Below the pieces are notes generated by a model. That model did no database searches, was not told the DNA's origin, and saw only the letters and a program-made list of their open reading frames with translations. From Lama guanicoe (lineage: Eukaryota), in contig MU053758.1 in assembly GCA_013239625.1 (NCBI GenBank), positions 1,426,001-1,490,000 on the forward strand: 64,000 nucleotides of DNA, in the 5' to 3' direction. Below are positions 62,851-64,000 of the stretch, piece after piece. A program made the translations under genes and the position numbers. Every line of letters begins with the position of its first letter. Within the stretch, counting starts at the first letter, position 1.

Positions 62851-64000
62851 ACTATACCAAACTGCCTTTGATTTGAAGTCAAATCAAATCAAAATAATGT
62901 TAAAACAGTAGAGACTTCTTAAGCCTTCCAGGAGTACTGAGGAGCACACCAGATAAGGAACAATGAATGGAGATCTCTAAATCTCTGAATGTAGGGATTC
63001 AAAGACCCTGGAATTATTGGGTTTGCATAGGCCTCCCTGCAATCTGAGATCCCAGTGCAACCTTGGTACCCTCTAGTGGAAGTTTCCTGTATTCACACAG
63101 ATTTCCTGCCATCAACCCCCAGGAGCTGGGAAGTCCTCATCCAGCCACTGGAGAGCATCCTCCAAAGAATGGTCAACTGGAAGATATATGTTTGTATGGC
63201 AGGGTCCATGGGGTTGGGGGTAGAGGAAAGAATACAGACCAGAGGGGAGATGTGCTGAGTATTTGGTTCACAAGTGTCCCCAAAGGGAGTCCTTGTCAGG
63301 CCTTTGTGCATTATTAATAGGAGCTCAATACATATCACATGGGCTGTAGGTTTTTGGGCTCTAGAGAGTGACTTCTTTTTTCCATGGGGAAAATAAGTAA
63401 TCAGAGATGCAAAGTGACTCCCAAGGTCACAGGGAAGTCAACGTGAGCAATGGTGAAACTAGAACCCATATGTCTCCTGCCTCCCAACCAAGAGTTCTTT
63501 CTGCTATATCACACTTCCCATTTGTTAGCTGATTGATTTTAGCCATAAATTTGTGTGCTTATAAGGACAGGAGGTTGTAGGTATATCCAGGGAACTGTTT
63601 TTGCCTTCATCTGCCCACAGTCTATACACTTCTCATTTCTTTTGTTCAACACATTTATAGAGTGCCTACTACTACCAAATGCTACTCTAAGCATTGCTTT
63701 TCAAGTTTGGGGACCCAAACTTGGTTTTACATGGTACCCCAGCCTATGAGAACCAGCTCCCAGGCTCCCGAAACCCCATGCCTACAGCCATGCAGGCACT
63801 CCTAAAGCTTCTTCTCCAAGTTCCTAGTGCCAAGATGTCAGATTTATTTCTGTCTCCCTCCTCCTGCAGACATAATCCCTGGGAATGGAAGTGGGTTAGA
63901 AACAGATTAATCTGATCCAGGGGCTTTGCTCTCTCCTCCCTGAACGTGGCACGGGGTGGGGGGGAGAGGGGAAGTCACAAATAGCCTGAAATTCCCTTTT

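Noticed and set aside
43700..64000. A neighbouring protein-coding gene upstream of NPEPPS (e.g. MRPL45 by recalled synteny)
   Set aside because: No ORF or exon with recognisable protein similarity. The short ORFs here are repeat-derived or random.
1..64000. CRISPR array, prokaryotic defence system or other novel multi-gene system
   Set aside because: The sequence is intron-containing mammalian DNA with no regularly spaced repeat-spacer array or operon-like ORFs.

Overview
Mammalian genomic DNA, most likely camelid (alpaca/camel), judged from about 12 copies of a Vic-1-like tRNA-derived SINE. The only protein-coding gene I can support is the 5' part of NPEPPS (puromycin-sensitive aminopeptidase) on the minus strand. 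It has a CpG-island promoter, exon 1 (CDS 43346-43089), an ~8.2 kb intron 1 and an 85-nt exon 2 (34887-34803). Intron 2 then appears to run off the left edge, since I found no exon 3. Intron 2 is packed with L1 elements of several ages, mostly antisense to the gene, including a near-full-length L1MC-type element carrying nested insertions. Positions ~43.7-64 kb are upstream intergenic sequence with SINEs, MIR/L2/CR1, DNA-transposon fossils and an ERVL-like LTR piece. There is one assembly gap (3822-4115). I see no convincing new multi-gene system. The best leads are small-scale: a reconstituted 5' splice site at the exon 1/exon 2 junction (candidate recursive-splicing exon), a retrocopied unknown mRNA 3' end nested inside two L1s, a micro-retroinsertion beside the exon 2 branch point, a candidate poison exon, a tailless U6 retrocopy, and a mariner transposase remnant. 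Repeat subfamily names come from recalled consensus sequences, and boundaries of old repeats are approximate.
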